A stretch of 64,000 nt of DNA, taken from contig NC_068986.1 of assembly GCF_001194135.2 (NCBI RefSeq), forward strand, positions 71,569,890 to 71,633,889, read 5' to 3'. Under the pieces are notes generated by a model. The model was not told where the DNA came from. It did no database searches and saw nothing but the letters and a program-made list of their open reading frames with translations. Both the position numbers and the translations under genes were made by a program. Numbering within the stretch: position 1 is the stretch's first letter; the number at the start of each line of letters is the position of its first letter. The stretch comes from Octopus bimaculoides (taxonomy: Eukaryota). Shown piece after piece: positions 52,502 to 64,000 of the stretch.

Positions 52502-52899
52502 TAGATAGATAGATGTCGGTATGTACATATATGTATAGATATATGCATATAATTATATATTATATATTATATTACTATAAATATATTATTAGATCAGAGT
52601 GTGAGTCACTTTGAAGTCTATATATTCGAACGGTGAAATCAGCAACGCCACCTGTCCAAGCAGCTACTCTGTGTTGATAAAGCGCCATAACCCAGAAACT
52701 GGTCCACAGATGTTGTGGAGAGAAAGTAGCACTCAACACAGTTGAGGTTAAATATATTTTCAAAGTTTCACTCAGTTTCACATGATTTAAAATTCATGAG
52801 CGCATAGGATGCGTCGATCTTATCAGTTGCTACGAGCAAAGTGCAATTTCAGAGAGGAAAACAACATGGCTTCTAGATGTTCAAACCTCTATTGGCCAG

Positions 52900-53600
52900 T
52901 TTAGGTTACAAGGCAATAATGCTATCAAAGCGACACTAACTATTATTTTTGTTGTTAGCGCCACTAACAATTGTATTGTTAGCCCAATTTGTTCGTAGCG
53001 TGCTTGGCCCACTTAGAGATAGACAGCGGTATAATGTATTAAGCGCATCAGTTTCTTGCATTGGATGTGCATGGAGTGGTCTATTGGCACGAATTAGTAG
53101 CTCAGTCATTGTTCAGTGGAGTAGGAACACATTAACATCAGCTCTTACGTGAGTGTAACCATATTTAATGGTGTTGGGTTATAGTTGCAGCTCCATGACA
53201 AACATGGGTGGGCTGTAGTCTATCCGGCGCGAGGGATTAAATACACTACCCTTGTGTGAGGCCTAGGGTGGTATATTTAGGTAGTCAACTGCTAGTGGCC
53301 TGAAGTTCATAAACATGGTGTACCTCTGGTAGCAACGATATAATAGTTCATTTTTCCCATTGATGGTTATTGCGGAATGGTGTAATATGGGAGGGCTGGC
53401 AATTGCGAACTCCAGGTGATTAGGGTGAGTAGTGTCTTGTTACGCCGTTGGATGATGTATGGGTGGGTCTATAAACTACAGCATTTGAGAGGGAGGATAC
53501 TCCTAATGGACCGTTGGTATGATTCTGAAAATTACAGATTGTGGTGCACGAGTGTTTTTGCGTTTATTGTAGCATGCGATGCTTGAAGCAATGTTGTCAA
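52900..53600 (-). mobile_element. Possible Penelope-like GIY-YIG remnant
   Basis: Weak: NGPLGVSSLSNAVVYRPTHTSSNGVTRHY...HITPFRN resembles CPL.G.CL..AVVY.AT......Y.G...H...FRN. Confidence 0.3.
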
Positions 53601-53659
53601 TTCAGAAGTAACTTACCTTGACCACTACATTCACCTACCTTTCAATAAAAATACACGTG

Positions 53660-55890
53660 GGCAGCATCTACCTCACTTTCCTTTTCAAGTGGAACTTGAA
53701 GAAGTTGTGAGAATTTGGTCCTAGAGCAAAGTACTTGTCTTCACTCATTTCAGCCTCGTCCACCGCGCTACTTATTATGCCATAGCCACCAAACTTTCTG
53801 CCCTCCAGAGAAAGGAAGGCGACGGGGCGATTCTCACGATGGATTCGGCTCTCAGCTGGATCCGTCCCACACGCGACACCAAGTGACCGGACATTAGATA
53901 ATTGTTTGTAGAACGGCTTCCTTGCTCTGCGCACATCTCGGGCAAGCCTGTGTGACAGCACTTCCACGCCTTTATTTCCAACCAGCACAGCCCAAGCTGT
54001 ATCACTTCCAAGCAAGGGATTTGCAGAAAGTATCCATAGGTTCTGGTCCAAAAGTCCTCCGCATAACACCACCCATTTCAACTCTCCCGACGTTCAGAGT
54101 TTCCCTGAGGACGTTGTCGATCTTGCCCATCACTAATCTACTATAGAACTCCAAGGTAAAACTTCCACTGCACGTATTGCCCGATGTGCAGAGAGCCGCG
54201 AAGCGCTTGACGACACTTCAGGTGCTAAGCACCCTGTCTCTGTCTATGCTTGATCTATGACTAGCATCATCAATGTGATGAGTTGCGGAAAACCTCACCG
54301 CCATGGAATCTCTAGATATCGCAGCCTCAGAGCATGTTTGCACATTTTTATCCACAGCATGCCCAGTTCTCCTCACAGCTGCTGCTGACAGGAAATGGAT
54401 CTTCTGATAAACGGATTCTGCCATTTTTACTGAAAGCAGAAGAGAAAACGTTCTAGCTTGATCAGCAACGGTCAGGCGGTAGTAAATGACTCATCCGATG
54501 CTTTCGTCGAGCAACTCACAACGCTGTCGGTAAGCATGGTCCTACCTCTCCGAGTGTGGAGCTGCAGGCCCACCGATTTTTCCTGAACAATCTTTGCTCC
54601 TTACACTATTTCGTTCTACCTTATGATAGTGTCAATAGCCTCCGTATCAGAGATATCGTCAGCATAAGCTGATTCGAATCTTCGTATTCTAGTTCACGCT
54701 GGAATGCACCGCGAAACATTTAGTTTCCGCAGCAATAACTCGAGAGCCAGTATATACAGAATGGGTGAGAGCGAGCATCCTTTACGACCGAATGCTCGAA
54801 ATTACTGCCGATAGGTAGTAATGTATTTTGTTCGCCGAATAGATGTCGTATTTTGGAGCGAACCAGCCTATGGAAACACAAGCGATACTAGCTACTATGT
54901 GGGCTGCCTCCATTATTGGATGTCGAAGGACTGTTTTATCATCTTGTATATATCTCAGACCTGTTGGCGCTTCTGTGCCTCTAGAGCTCGTCTGGAACCA
55001 GTAGACCTTTGTAGGACTTTTGGAAATTATACATATTCCTCTCTCCAAAGAGGCTGCTCAGGCTGTTCTGACCGGTGCGCTGTATCGTTCCAAGTTCATT
55101 GCTCATATCTACCAACTTCTATGATATGTACAATCTACTTTCCCACTTAGGACATTGTCAATCACGACAAGGCTAAAAGGCTAAATATCGCTAGTCATTT
55201 CATTCCGATGCACTAACGATTTTGCTAATACCACGCCCCGGTATGAGCACAAACCGCAGAGTGTTGGAGCTGGCGACATGCAAAATCCTCTGGAGTTTCC
55301 CAATCCAAACAGATCAGGTGTTAGAGCATAACAAACTGGACCTAGTGGTGTGGACAAGGTGCGTCACACATGTTATATAGTTGATGATGCATGCCCTTTT
55401 GATACATAAATAGTCAAAAAGAAGGCGAAAAAATAAACATGTACAATCCTCTTGAGTGTGAAATATCTCGGCTATGGAAAATGAAGAAGGGGAAGATAGT
55501 GCCAATTATCCACCATAAAATAGACTTGGTGAGACACCTGGCACCATCATTCGTACCGCCCTTCTTCCCATGTACGTTGGAGACGGCAATTTCCTCGGTG
55601 CGACGCCTCACCGAGCTCTGTATTGTCTGCCCTCGGTATTAACAAGGACCTCTGCTTCGCCGTACTGCCTCGCAATGTTTTGGATGTCCTGCCATATGTC
55701 GTTCAAGGCTTTCCCTAACTGGTCGCGTTTAGCATTTTCGAGTTTCCTTGTCTTTGTGTTCACGCAACTGTAGGCAACTGTCCACTTGTCTGTTGCTTCA
55801 AGCATGTCGCCTGGAAGCATCAGTTCTGCCCACCTTCCATTCATTTTCTTATATTTTGCCGCCTCGCTTAGTTTTTCTATTTTGTTCTCC
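53660..55890 (-). mobile_element. L1/Tx1-type LINE remnant: ORF1 piece joined to RT and C-terminus
   Basis: ORF1 piece PTYMGRRAVRMMVPGVSP with a decayed knuckle (LCGLCSYRG). RT GCSLSPILYILALELLLRKL and SAYADDI (YADD at 54655-54666). C-terminus ...FFKFHLKRKVR. Confidence 0.8.
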
Positions 55891-56094
55891 ACTGAGATGT
55901 TAACTAATTCCTTATCTGCGTGATATTTGCAAAAGTCTCTTTCCCGCCGCTAGCTCCATTTTCGTTAATCTCTTCGCAGCAGTTGCTTTCAGTGTTGTTC
56001 TTCGAGTTACTACAATTACCATGTAGTGAGGAAGACTTTACTCCTTCCTTCCTCTCGCCTTTCTGCTTTTTATCTTCTTTCTTTTTTGTCGACT

Positions 56095-56203
56095 CTTCTT
56101 CTTCTTCTTCTTCTTCTTCTTCTTCTTCTTCTTCTTCTTCTTCTTCTTCTTCTTCTTCTTCTTCTTCTTCTTCTTCTTCTTCTTCTTCTTCTTCTTCTTC
56201 TTC
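56095..56203. repeat. (CTT)n microsatellite running into an N-gap
   Basis: Directly visible. Confidence 0.95.
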
Positions 56204-56531
56204 NNNNNNNNNNNNNNNNNNNNNNNNNNNNNNNNNNNNNNNNNNNNNNNNNNNNNNNNNNNNNNNNNNNNNNNNNNNNNNNNNNNNNNNNNNNNNNNNN
56301 NNNNNNNNNNNNNNNNNNNNNNNNNNNNNNNNNNNNNNNNNNNNNNNNNNNNNNNNNNNNNNNNNNNNNNNNNNNNNNNNNNNNNNNNNNNNNNNNNNNN
56401 NNNAAAAACGATTTAAGCAACAAAATACAGTATAGAACCTTTTAAACAAGTGAATTAGTCATAAACTTACAGCGCTCCAAAAACACACCTCCAGCTATGG
56501 CGACAATAATGATTATAATAATAATAATAAC

Positions 56532-56578
<47 letters not shown>

Positions 56579-56590
56579 TAATAATAATTA

Positions 56591-56643
<53 letters not shown>

Positions 56644-59600
56644 GATAAGGTTACTTGTAGCCCGATATTAGAAATTTTTCCATCAATCTAATCTGTTGTG
56701 AATAAGTGAAATAACAGATATACAGGAAAAAATGGATGTTTAGGAAGGAAATAGATGCACATGACTTGAACATGCAGCTTTCAAAAAGACATTTTGTGTA
56801 AATTTCAAAAAATAAGAACTGAGAGAAAATGGAAATTAGCAATTATGATTGTAAACGGAATTGTTCGTCACGTAAAATATGTCAATAAACAATTTTAATT
56901 TTAAAATTTATCGTTTGTAACCTCAATAATTTGTTTCAATAGCTCTGTGTGCTACGCAGAAAAATTATAAGTACGTCAGCAAATATTTTTTATTGCAGTC
57001 ATTTCTTACTCCATATTTAACCATAACTATTACCCAAACTACTTTACGTATTGAGATAAATAGCAGTTAGTCAACTTGGTGAAGTTTTATAATCTGTATG
57101 CTAGACATAGGTAATTAGAATATTATAAGCAATATGATTCTATCACGAAAATCTACGGAATCAAAAAATAAACACAGCAACTATTCGACGATAAGACTTC
57201 AAACAGAACAATATAGTGGCATATTGTGAAATTTTATCTTGTTAAGTCAAAACAACAACAATACAAACACACCAGTTAGACAGAAATTGATCAGAGCCGA
57301 ATACAATGCAATTCTTTACTATCAAACGAAACCATTCAGGTAAATACACTGAATCGACTTAACAACTCTGGCGAAAAAGCAATCCTGAAATCGGCCACAA
57401 ACAAATAGTATAAAATTATCAAATGCATGAAGAGCCATTTACCAGATCAGTCGAATAACTAAACTGAACAGAAAAATATAAAAACAGAAATATTAAGGGA
57501 AAGTAATACAGTACGTCCACAATACAAATACAGAACACAGAACAGCATAATTTTCATTCACCAGGAACAGACAACTTCAAGCTCAAAGCTGCCAAGTAAT
57601 TAATAAAAGAGTAGAACGATTAGCGCCAACAGAAATAAATGAATGCAGTGACTCAGAATACATGATAAAGGAAATTAAACAGAAGTTTAAAGAAATAGAA
57701 TTTATACAAACAATACAACATAAAACAAACAGATCTCTAATCAAACAAGTGAACTGTGCATTAGAAGTAATTACGGAGAAAATCTATGTTTCAGGCGATA
57801 AAACTTTAGACAGGAGACTGCTTCAGTGGGTTTGCTGACAGATAACTTATAGAGTATTTGAGAACAAAAACAAAAACTGAATTATACATCAGTTTACATG
57901 CTTAAATCATAAACGACCATCAAGCAGCGAGGCAACTCTTTATATTAATAGTAATCCTTCGTCATGTATTGTTAACAACAGGAAACAAAAATTAAAAATA
58001 TGTAGGTGCAAAAATGAAACTGTTAGTATCCTTGCTTTTTATAGCTACGTGACTTTTTATTTATTTACTTAAGTTATTATGGCACGGCAAACAGTGGATA
58101 ATTAACATATTAAGGTAACTTTTATGTTATAACAAGCAGTTGCTATATCGTAAGGATTAATAATCCTGTTTATAAAAGGGGATTTATATGTTGAATATTT
58201 GATGCCTTAGCTAGCTCAACGTTGTAATAGTATGTTTTTTTTTTCTTTTTGTTCTATGTTTACTGAACTACATTAGCTCTCGTGGAGATATTCGATAAAA
58301 TAAATTACACACAAGGAAAATCAATATTTGAATCTGTTCGGATTTGTTAAATTCGCATTTTCCCTTAGGGTAATATTTGAAATACTTTCTTGCATAGCAT
58401 GTGGATGTAAATGCATTTTTAACAATTCAGTTATTTCTATATTTGACTCTATATGCTTCATTGCTAGTCACGTTTATGACAAATAATTTTCAATTTAGTT
58501 TCATTCATCGAAACAGCCAGTATTGAGACTATATTTTTGCTTGATGGAATTTATACGTCACAAAACAATTTTTTTTTCGTGCACGCATTTAGCTCCCTCC
58601 AAATGTTTCTTTCCTCGTATAAATGAGCATGTTGTTATTTACATAAACAGAGTAGTTGTGTATTTATCACGAAATATCGTTTTCAGCGATTTTCCTGCAG
58701 CATTACAATTAGAACATACTATAATCTATTGTGCTTAGTAACATACTCTTCTTGCATGCTATATAAAAGATACATTAATGGTTTGTAGTAGTACAGTTAG
58801 CAAGTACATTAAGCGAATGCAAGTGCATTAAGTAAATGCATATCATATTTGAAATCAATTCATACATATAAAGTATATGTCCTAAAATAGACACCTTCGA
58901 TAAGTTAGGTTAGAAACTTTGATACATATAACATGATACGAAATACTGTACTGTTTTATACCAGTAAGGATATACGAAATGCAATGCAAACTTTTTGTTT
59001 ATATTTATTTCTACAATGGCTTCATTTTCATATCGATTAATGGAAATATGTCTACCAATATATCATCTTTTTAATAATGTACTGAAATTAAAACCAATAA
59101 CACACCTAGGCCTTATGGGCTGGTAAAATGAGATATTAATTCACAAATACAACATGCATAACAGAGTAACTATTGCGAATTGTAGAATCTTATTTAGGTA
59201 GGTGAATCTTATTTAATTGCATCCAGCTGTATGTGCAATGACACTTTTGATGAATTTATTATTTCAGTTATCGCTTATAAACCATGTATATAAAACAGTT
59301 TTCATGAAAACTAATGTGATATTTTAAAAAGACTTCGCAAATATAGCGCAAAATCGGCGAGTCACTCATAACTGTCGGGTTTTGTAGCCTGCATTTCTGC
59401 TTTAAATACTGATGTCCCTTCTTTTAATCACAATTATTTATTACTTTTACGTATTTCTCACAACGTGCTACAAATCGGAATAATCCACAATTCACTTTTA
59501 ATGTCCAAATCTGGCATTAATTACTAGCGCCCAAAGAAATCATTTAAAAGTTTATAACTCTAGTCAAATAGCTACCATTAATTCACTGATAGATCAGCTC

Positions 59601-61144
59601 ACAATTCTAAAATATTTACCTCAAACCACATACCAGATTCAATATTTGAAAACTTTATCGTAGATAAAAGAAAGTATTTACATTTTTATCAAAATATGCT
59701 TTCGGTTTCTTAAAAATACGATTCAGTCATACTGAAATGAAAGGGAAAATAAATTGCAATAAATTAAAACGTCTGGTTATAAAAAGAATCTGCTTTATCA
59801 CCTTTTGAAAATCAACGGTAAATTTTAGTGAGAGGAAGACCGAAGAGATATGGTTCTTATTACACTTCTCTCAAACGTCTGTTGTATTTGAGTAAAAAGT
59901 ATGTTAACAAATCGGTTTTAAACAGAGAGTCTGAATTACTGAATTGTCGGAGGTAGTCTTCGAAATTTTCGGCCTCGAAGCCACTTTCATTGATTGCTTG
60001 ATGTGCATTGCTATTCCCCTGTCTCAGCTGTTGCTCTCATTGTTGTTTGGTATATGTTGGGATAGTTTCTGATCCTGTAATTCCTCACGACCGTCTCAGT
60101 TGATCCATCTATAATTTTTACGTAGGTTTGATGTAAATTTCCGTAGCTTTTTATCGATCGTGATATAAGTTATGCGTTTGACATTAAAAAGGAAACGATT
60201 TCAAAAATATATTGTTTGGATCGTTTAAATTCATCGTATTTATGGATTTTTCATGTATCCTCTCACCATTTCAAGTCATATCTTGACCGTTAATTTTGAC
60301 CCCAACTCAGAAAGCGTGCGTGTGTGCGTACGTGTTTGCGTGTATGTGTGTATGTTGTGTGTATGTGTGTGTGTTGTGTGTATGTGTGTGTGTTGTGTGT
60401 ATGTGTGTATGTTATGTGTATGTGTGTGTATGCGTGTATGTGCGTCTCTTTGTGTTTTTGATTTGTTTCTTATCACACCTAACATAGATGTACTACAGTT
60501 TTATTGTGTTTCGACCCCATGCGAGATTTTTCTAACTTCTCATCTATGATATTTCCAACTTCCACTGGCTCCTTTTATACGCCCGCGTTACTTATTTTTA
60601 GCTATGTGTTATATCTTTGTGTTTATCACTTATTTTAACTTAAGTAATGTATCGAAGTATATTAATGTTACAGCAGATATACTTGTGTTTCAATGCTTTA
60701 TAGCTTTAATACTTCTTTTAACCACTGTCTTTCTATAAGTGATATATAAATATAAGATCCAATGATCGAGATTACCGTTCACTAGATTAAGAACAAGATC
60801 GTACTTCGATGCGAAAAATTCCATAACCTTCTGTCTCAATAAACTACTATTGTTCTTGAAAGTTGTTATTTTTTAAATATTTACTAAGGATTGCATGAAG
60901 CTAACTTTCTTCCTACACCTCGATCCTTTGATCTTATATTTATATATCACTTGCTCCTAACCTAGTGAACGTTAACTGTGTGGAAGACACGAAAATCGAG
61001 AAAATGAAATTAAACTTTTCGCTTGAGGATATCCCATTTACCACCAAAACGGTGTATTTGCCCGCGGTATACGTTTCGCTTGGATATTTACCACTTCCGA
61101 TGTTCCGCTCGCTATGAAACATACGTAGCCCGGATCTTATATAC

Positions 61145-61208
61145 TCTATTCCTTAACTCTTCTATATACATACATACATACATACATACATACATACATA
61201 CATACATG

Positions 61209-61269
<61 letters not shown>

Positions 61270-61283
61270 GTGTGTGTGTTTGT

Positions 61284-61370
<87 letters not shown>
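61145..61370. repeat. Compound (ACAT)n-(AC)n-(GT)n microsatellite
   Basis: Directly visible. Confidence 0.95.
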
Positions 61371-61375
<5 letters not shown>

Positions 61376-61599
61376 GCTGCTTATGTGAAATGTATTGTTA
61401 GTTTCATTCTAAATACAGATACGAAAAGAGAATATTTGATCGTGCTCTAAATTCTGTAACCAAATAATATGGTATTTATTTCATTTGTGATTATTCTAAT
61501 GCTAATGGAGTATATTTAGTCTTTATTACTTTTACGAATCCGATGGAAATTTCAATTTGTGAGATTCAGTACATCGTTCCATTCCTTTAATTATGCATG

Positions 61600-62292
61600 A
61601 CTGCAGAGATGGTCCAGCATCGTACATTCTCTAATTCCTTGACCAAATTCACATTCCTAATTGAGGAACATTCACTCTCTAATATCTCTAAAGACAATAA
61701 CCCGCAAGCGTGTTGTGTCCTCCCCACCCTTCTCTCCTTCTTTCTTACTCTCCGTTTTCCTGGTCTTCATTATATGCGTTCGCCTGACATTGTTGCTTCT
61801 ATACCCACCTATACCAAAATTACTGAATGCTACTACATTCCTTTTCCACATCTCTGTTGATTCATCTTACGTCCGACGTAAATATGGAATTGAACTCAGC
61901 AGATTTGTTTGTTTTCGTTTGAAATTGTAACTGCGTTAGTTCAGTTGCTCTTCAGCGTAGAATTTCCAGGTTTGAAGTATTTCTTAAAGATTCCTTCTTT
62001 ACTCTACAGTGTTACCTTTACAGGTATACATTTAAAGTATCTGCGTGACTTCACTTACTTTTCTAAAACCATATCCTATTTTATGAGTCTTGCAAAAGGT
62101 AAAAAAAATACCCATTCTCGGCAGACACGGTGAAAAATAAATGTCGAATTGTCCGCCGAACATGTGCTGGTTATGAAGTCTGGTCTCACTGATGGCTATA
62201 TGCACACTCTGTGACTTGATGTTATTTAACAGGTACCCTTGTTTCCAAGGCGACCCCAAGCCACGTACATTTATGCAAACTATTCTAAGCAT
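61600..62292 (-). mobile_element. L1/Tx1-type ORF2 APE endonuclease N-terminal remnant
   Basis: Reads LRIVCINVRGLGSPWKQGYLLNNIKSQSVHIAISETRL (INVRGL...SET motif). Downstream part is decayed; lower boundary approximate. Confidence 0.7.
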
Positions 62293-62603
62293 GTTCCTAT
62301 CGAAAGTTATGCTTTACACACGAAAGGAAAAGGAAAAGAATGAGAGAGAGAGAGAGGGAGTCACTTACTGTTCGAAAGTTGATTGTTCTTCACCGCACAA
62401 TCTTCTCTCAGAAGGTTTTTGTATATTTTTTTGATAAGTACTTTTGAAATTTCCCTACTGCATCCGAGTAGAGAGATTTCAGTGTGTTGTGTGTGTTTTG
62501 TGTCACGTGTATGATTTTTATGTGTCGTAGTGGTGTTGATTGAGGGTGATTGTTTGTTTCGACATTGTTTCCTGTTATGCTAGATAAATAAATAGATAGA
62601 TAA

Positions 62604-62663
<60 letters not shown>

Positions 62664-62667
62664 GGAT

Positions 62668-62793
62668 AGTGAAGAATTTGAACATTCAAATCTTTTCTTT
62701 ATTTACAGTTGGTTTATCCATGAAAATTTTCTAACACGTGTTTCAGTAGCCTTAATTGCATACTGTTGCACTTTAGTAGTTTGAATTAGGCTT

Positions 62794-62838
<45 letters not shown>

Positions 62839-63590
62839 AACCATGACGTTCATCGATGAGCTGTTTTTCACAACTGATTGTTTGGGTAAAGTTCAGTAGT
62901 ATCAGCAACAGCGCTTGCTGAAGTTGGCAAATTTCCTTGGTCATTTGGGGAGCAGTTATTTATAGAATACTTTTCTTTTGAATGATTCTACATTCTTTAT
63001 AGTCAAATGACTTTTATGGATATCAGATTTGGTTACGTTATTTGAATTTTTGTGAAGATTATTAATAACAGTAATCGATAATAACTAATCTAGTCGTGGA
63101 TAATTACTTAGATAATTACTAATAATTCACTACAACTATTAATAACCTTCACAAAAGTTCAAATAACATAACTAACTCTGAAATCCGTCAAAAAGACATG
63201 TGACTCTAGAGAACGTAGAATTATTCAAAAGAAAAGTATTCTATAAATAACTACTCCCCAAATGACCAAGAAAATTTGGCAACTTCAGCAAACACTGCTG
63301 CTGATGCTGCCGAACTTTATCAAAACGATCAGTTGTGATGACAGCTCATCCATGAACGTCATGGTTTACTACTTCTACTACCAAGCCTAATTCAAATAAT
63401 TAAAGGAGGAAAATTCCTCTTCGAACAGTGTGGTACGTATTTATACACGCGGAAGAGATCGTACTAATAATGCATAAATCGCTGCACATAAATATGCGAC
63501 AATATGCAATTAATACGACCGAAACACGTGTCGAAAAATTATCATGAATAAACCAACAGTAAATAAAGAAAAAGTGTTCAATTTCTTCAT
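62668..63590. repeat. Large imperfect palindrome (~920 bp)
   Basis: 62771-63070 mirrors 63135-63405. After a ~95-bp insert in the right arm, 62668-62770 mirrors about 63497-63590. The left arm has an expanded (TAG)n. Confidence 0.9.
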
Positions 63591-64000
63591 TCTTCTTATT
63601 ATCAGTATTGTGCTCTAAGTAGCCAAGAAAAAAATGTAATATTGGATAGAAGTTAAAGGAAATCTCTATATCTATAAAACAGACGATGTTTGTGTGTGTG
63701 TGTACGTGAATGTGGTTTATGCACGTCCACAAATTAGCACACATGTCGCTCCAATTTTAGGAGGTGATGTGCCATGACTTTATGTGCATTTTAGCGAAAT
63801 TTTTCTCTCAGAGGCACCCGCGTATAGCTGTAAAAACGATAAACTTTTACCAATTTTGAAGTTTGTTGACATGGCGAAGTCAAATCTGTGCGTACGCGCG
63901 TGAAGGCGAGAGAGAGAGAGAGAGAGAAAAAAATTGTATGTTTGTGAGAGGGAGGGTGAAGGAGAGTGGCATTTTCTTTGCCAGCGTCTGACAAAAAAAA

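Noticed and set aside
52770-52810. Minus-strand CTCATGA...GTGAAACTGAGT resembling a hammerhead
   Set aside because: The core is mutated and stems I and II do not form. Too degenerate to call.
57250-57800. A-rich stretch vaguely like the N-terminal part of an R4/Dong ORF
   Set aside because: No motif is clear enough to support the call.

Overview
This is repeat-dominated eukaryotic DNA with 8 N-gaps. The SINE families, LINE types and microsatellite load look like an Octopus (cephalopod) genome; that assignment is by recognition, not by a search. I find no supportable host protein-coding gene, rRNA, true tRNA or CRISPR array. Nearly all listed ORFs are microsatellite or gap artefacts, or pieces of transposable elements. 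Elements present: two mariner derivatives, two TA-flanked MITEs, a Helitron helicase end, a Buster/hAT remnant, two RTE-type LINEs, three L1/Tx1-type remnants, R4/Dong-type ends next to (AAT)n, Penelope-like remnants, several tRNA-derived SINE families and several long foldback palindromes. Best leads: (1) a structurally complete minimal type I hammerhead ribozyme (49012-49055, one core substitution U4C) inside a head-to-head palindrome, with related hammerhead-like half motifs in two other foldbacks; (2) an RTE-type LINE with a twin-priming-style 5' inversion bounded by a 10-bp TSD (10695-14169); (3) a second RTE-type LINE whose ORF ends in three C2H2-type zinc fingers (25370-25649).
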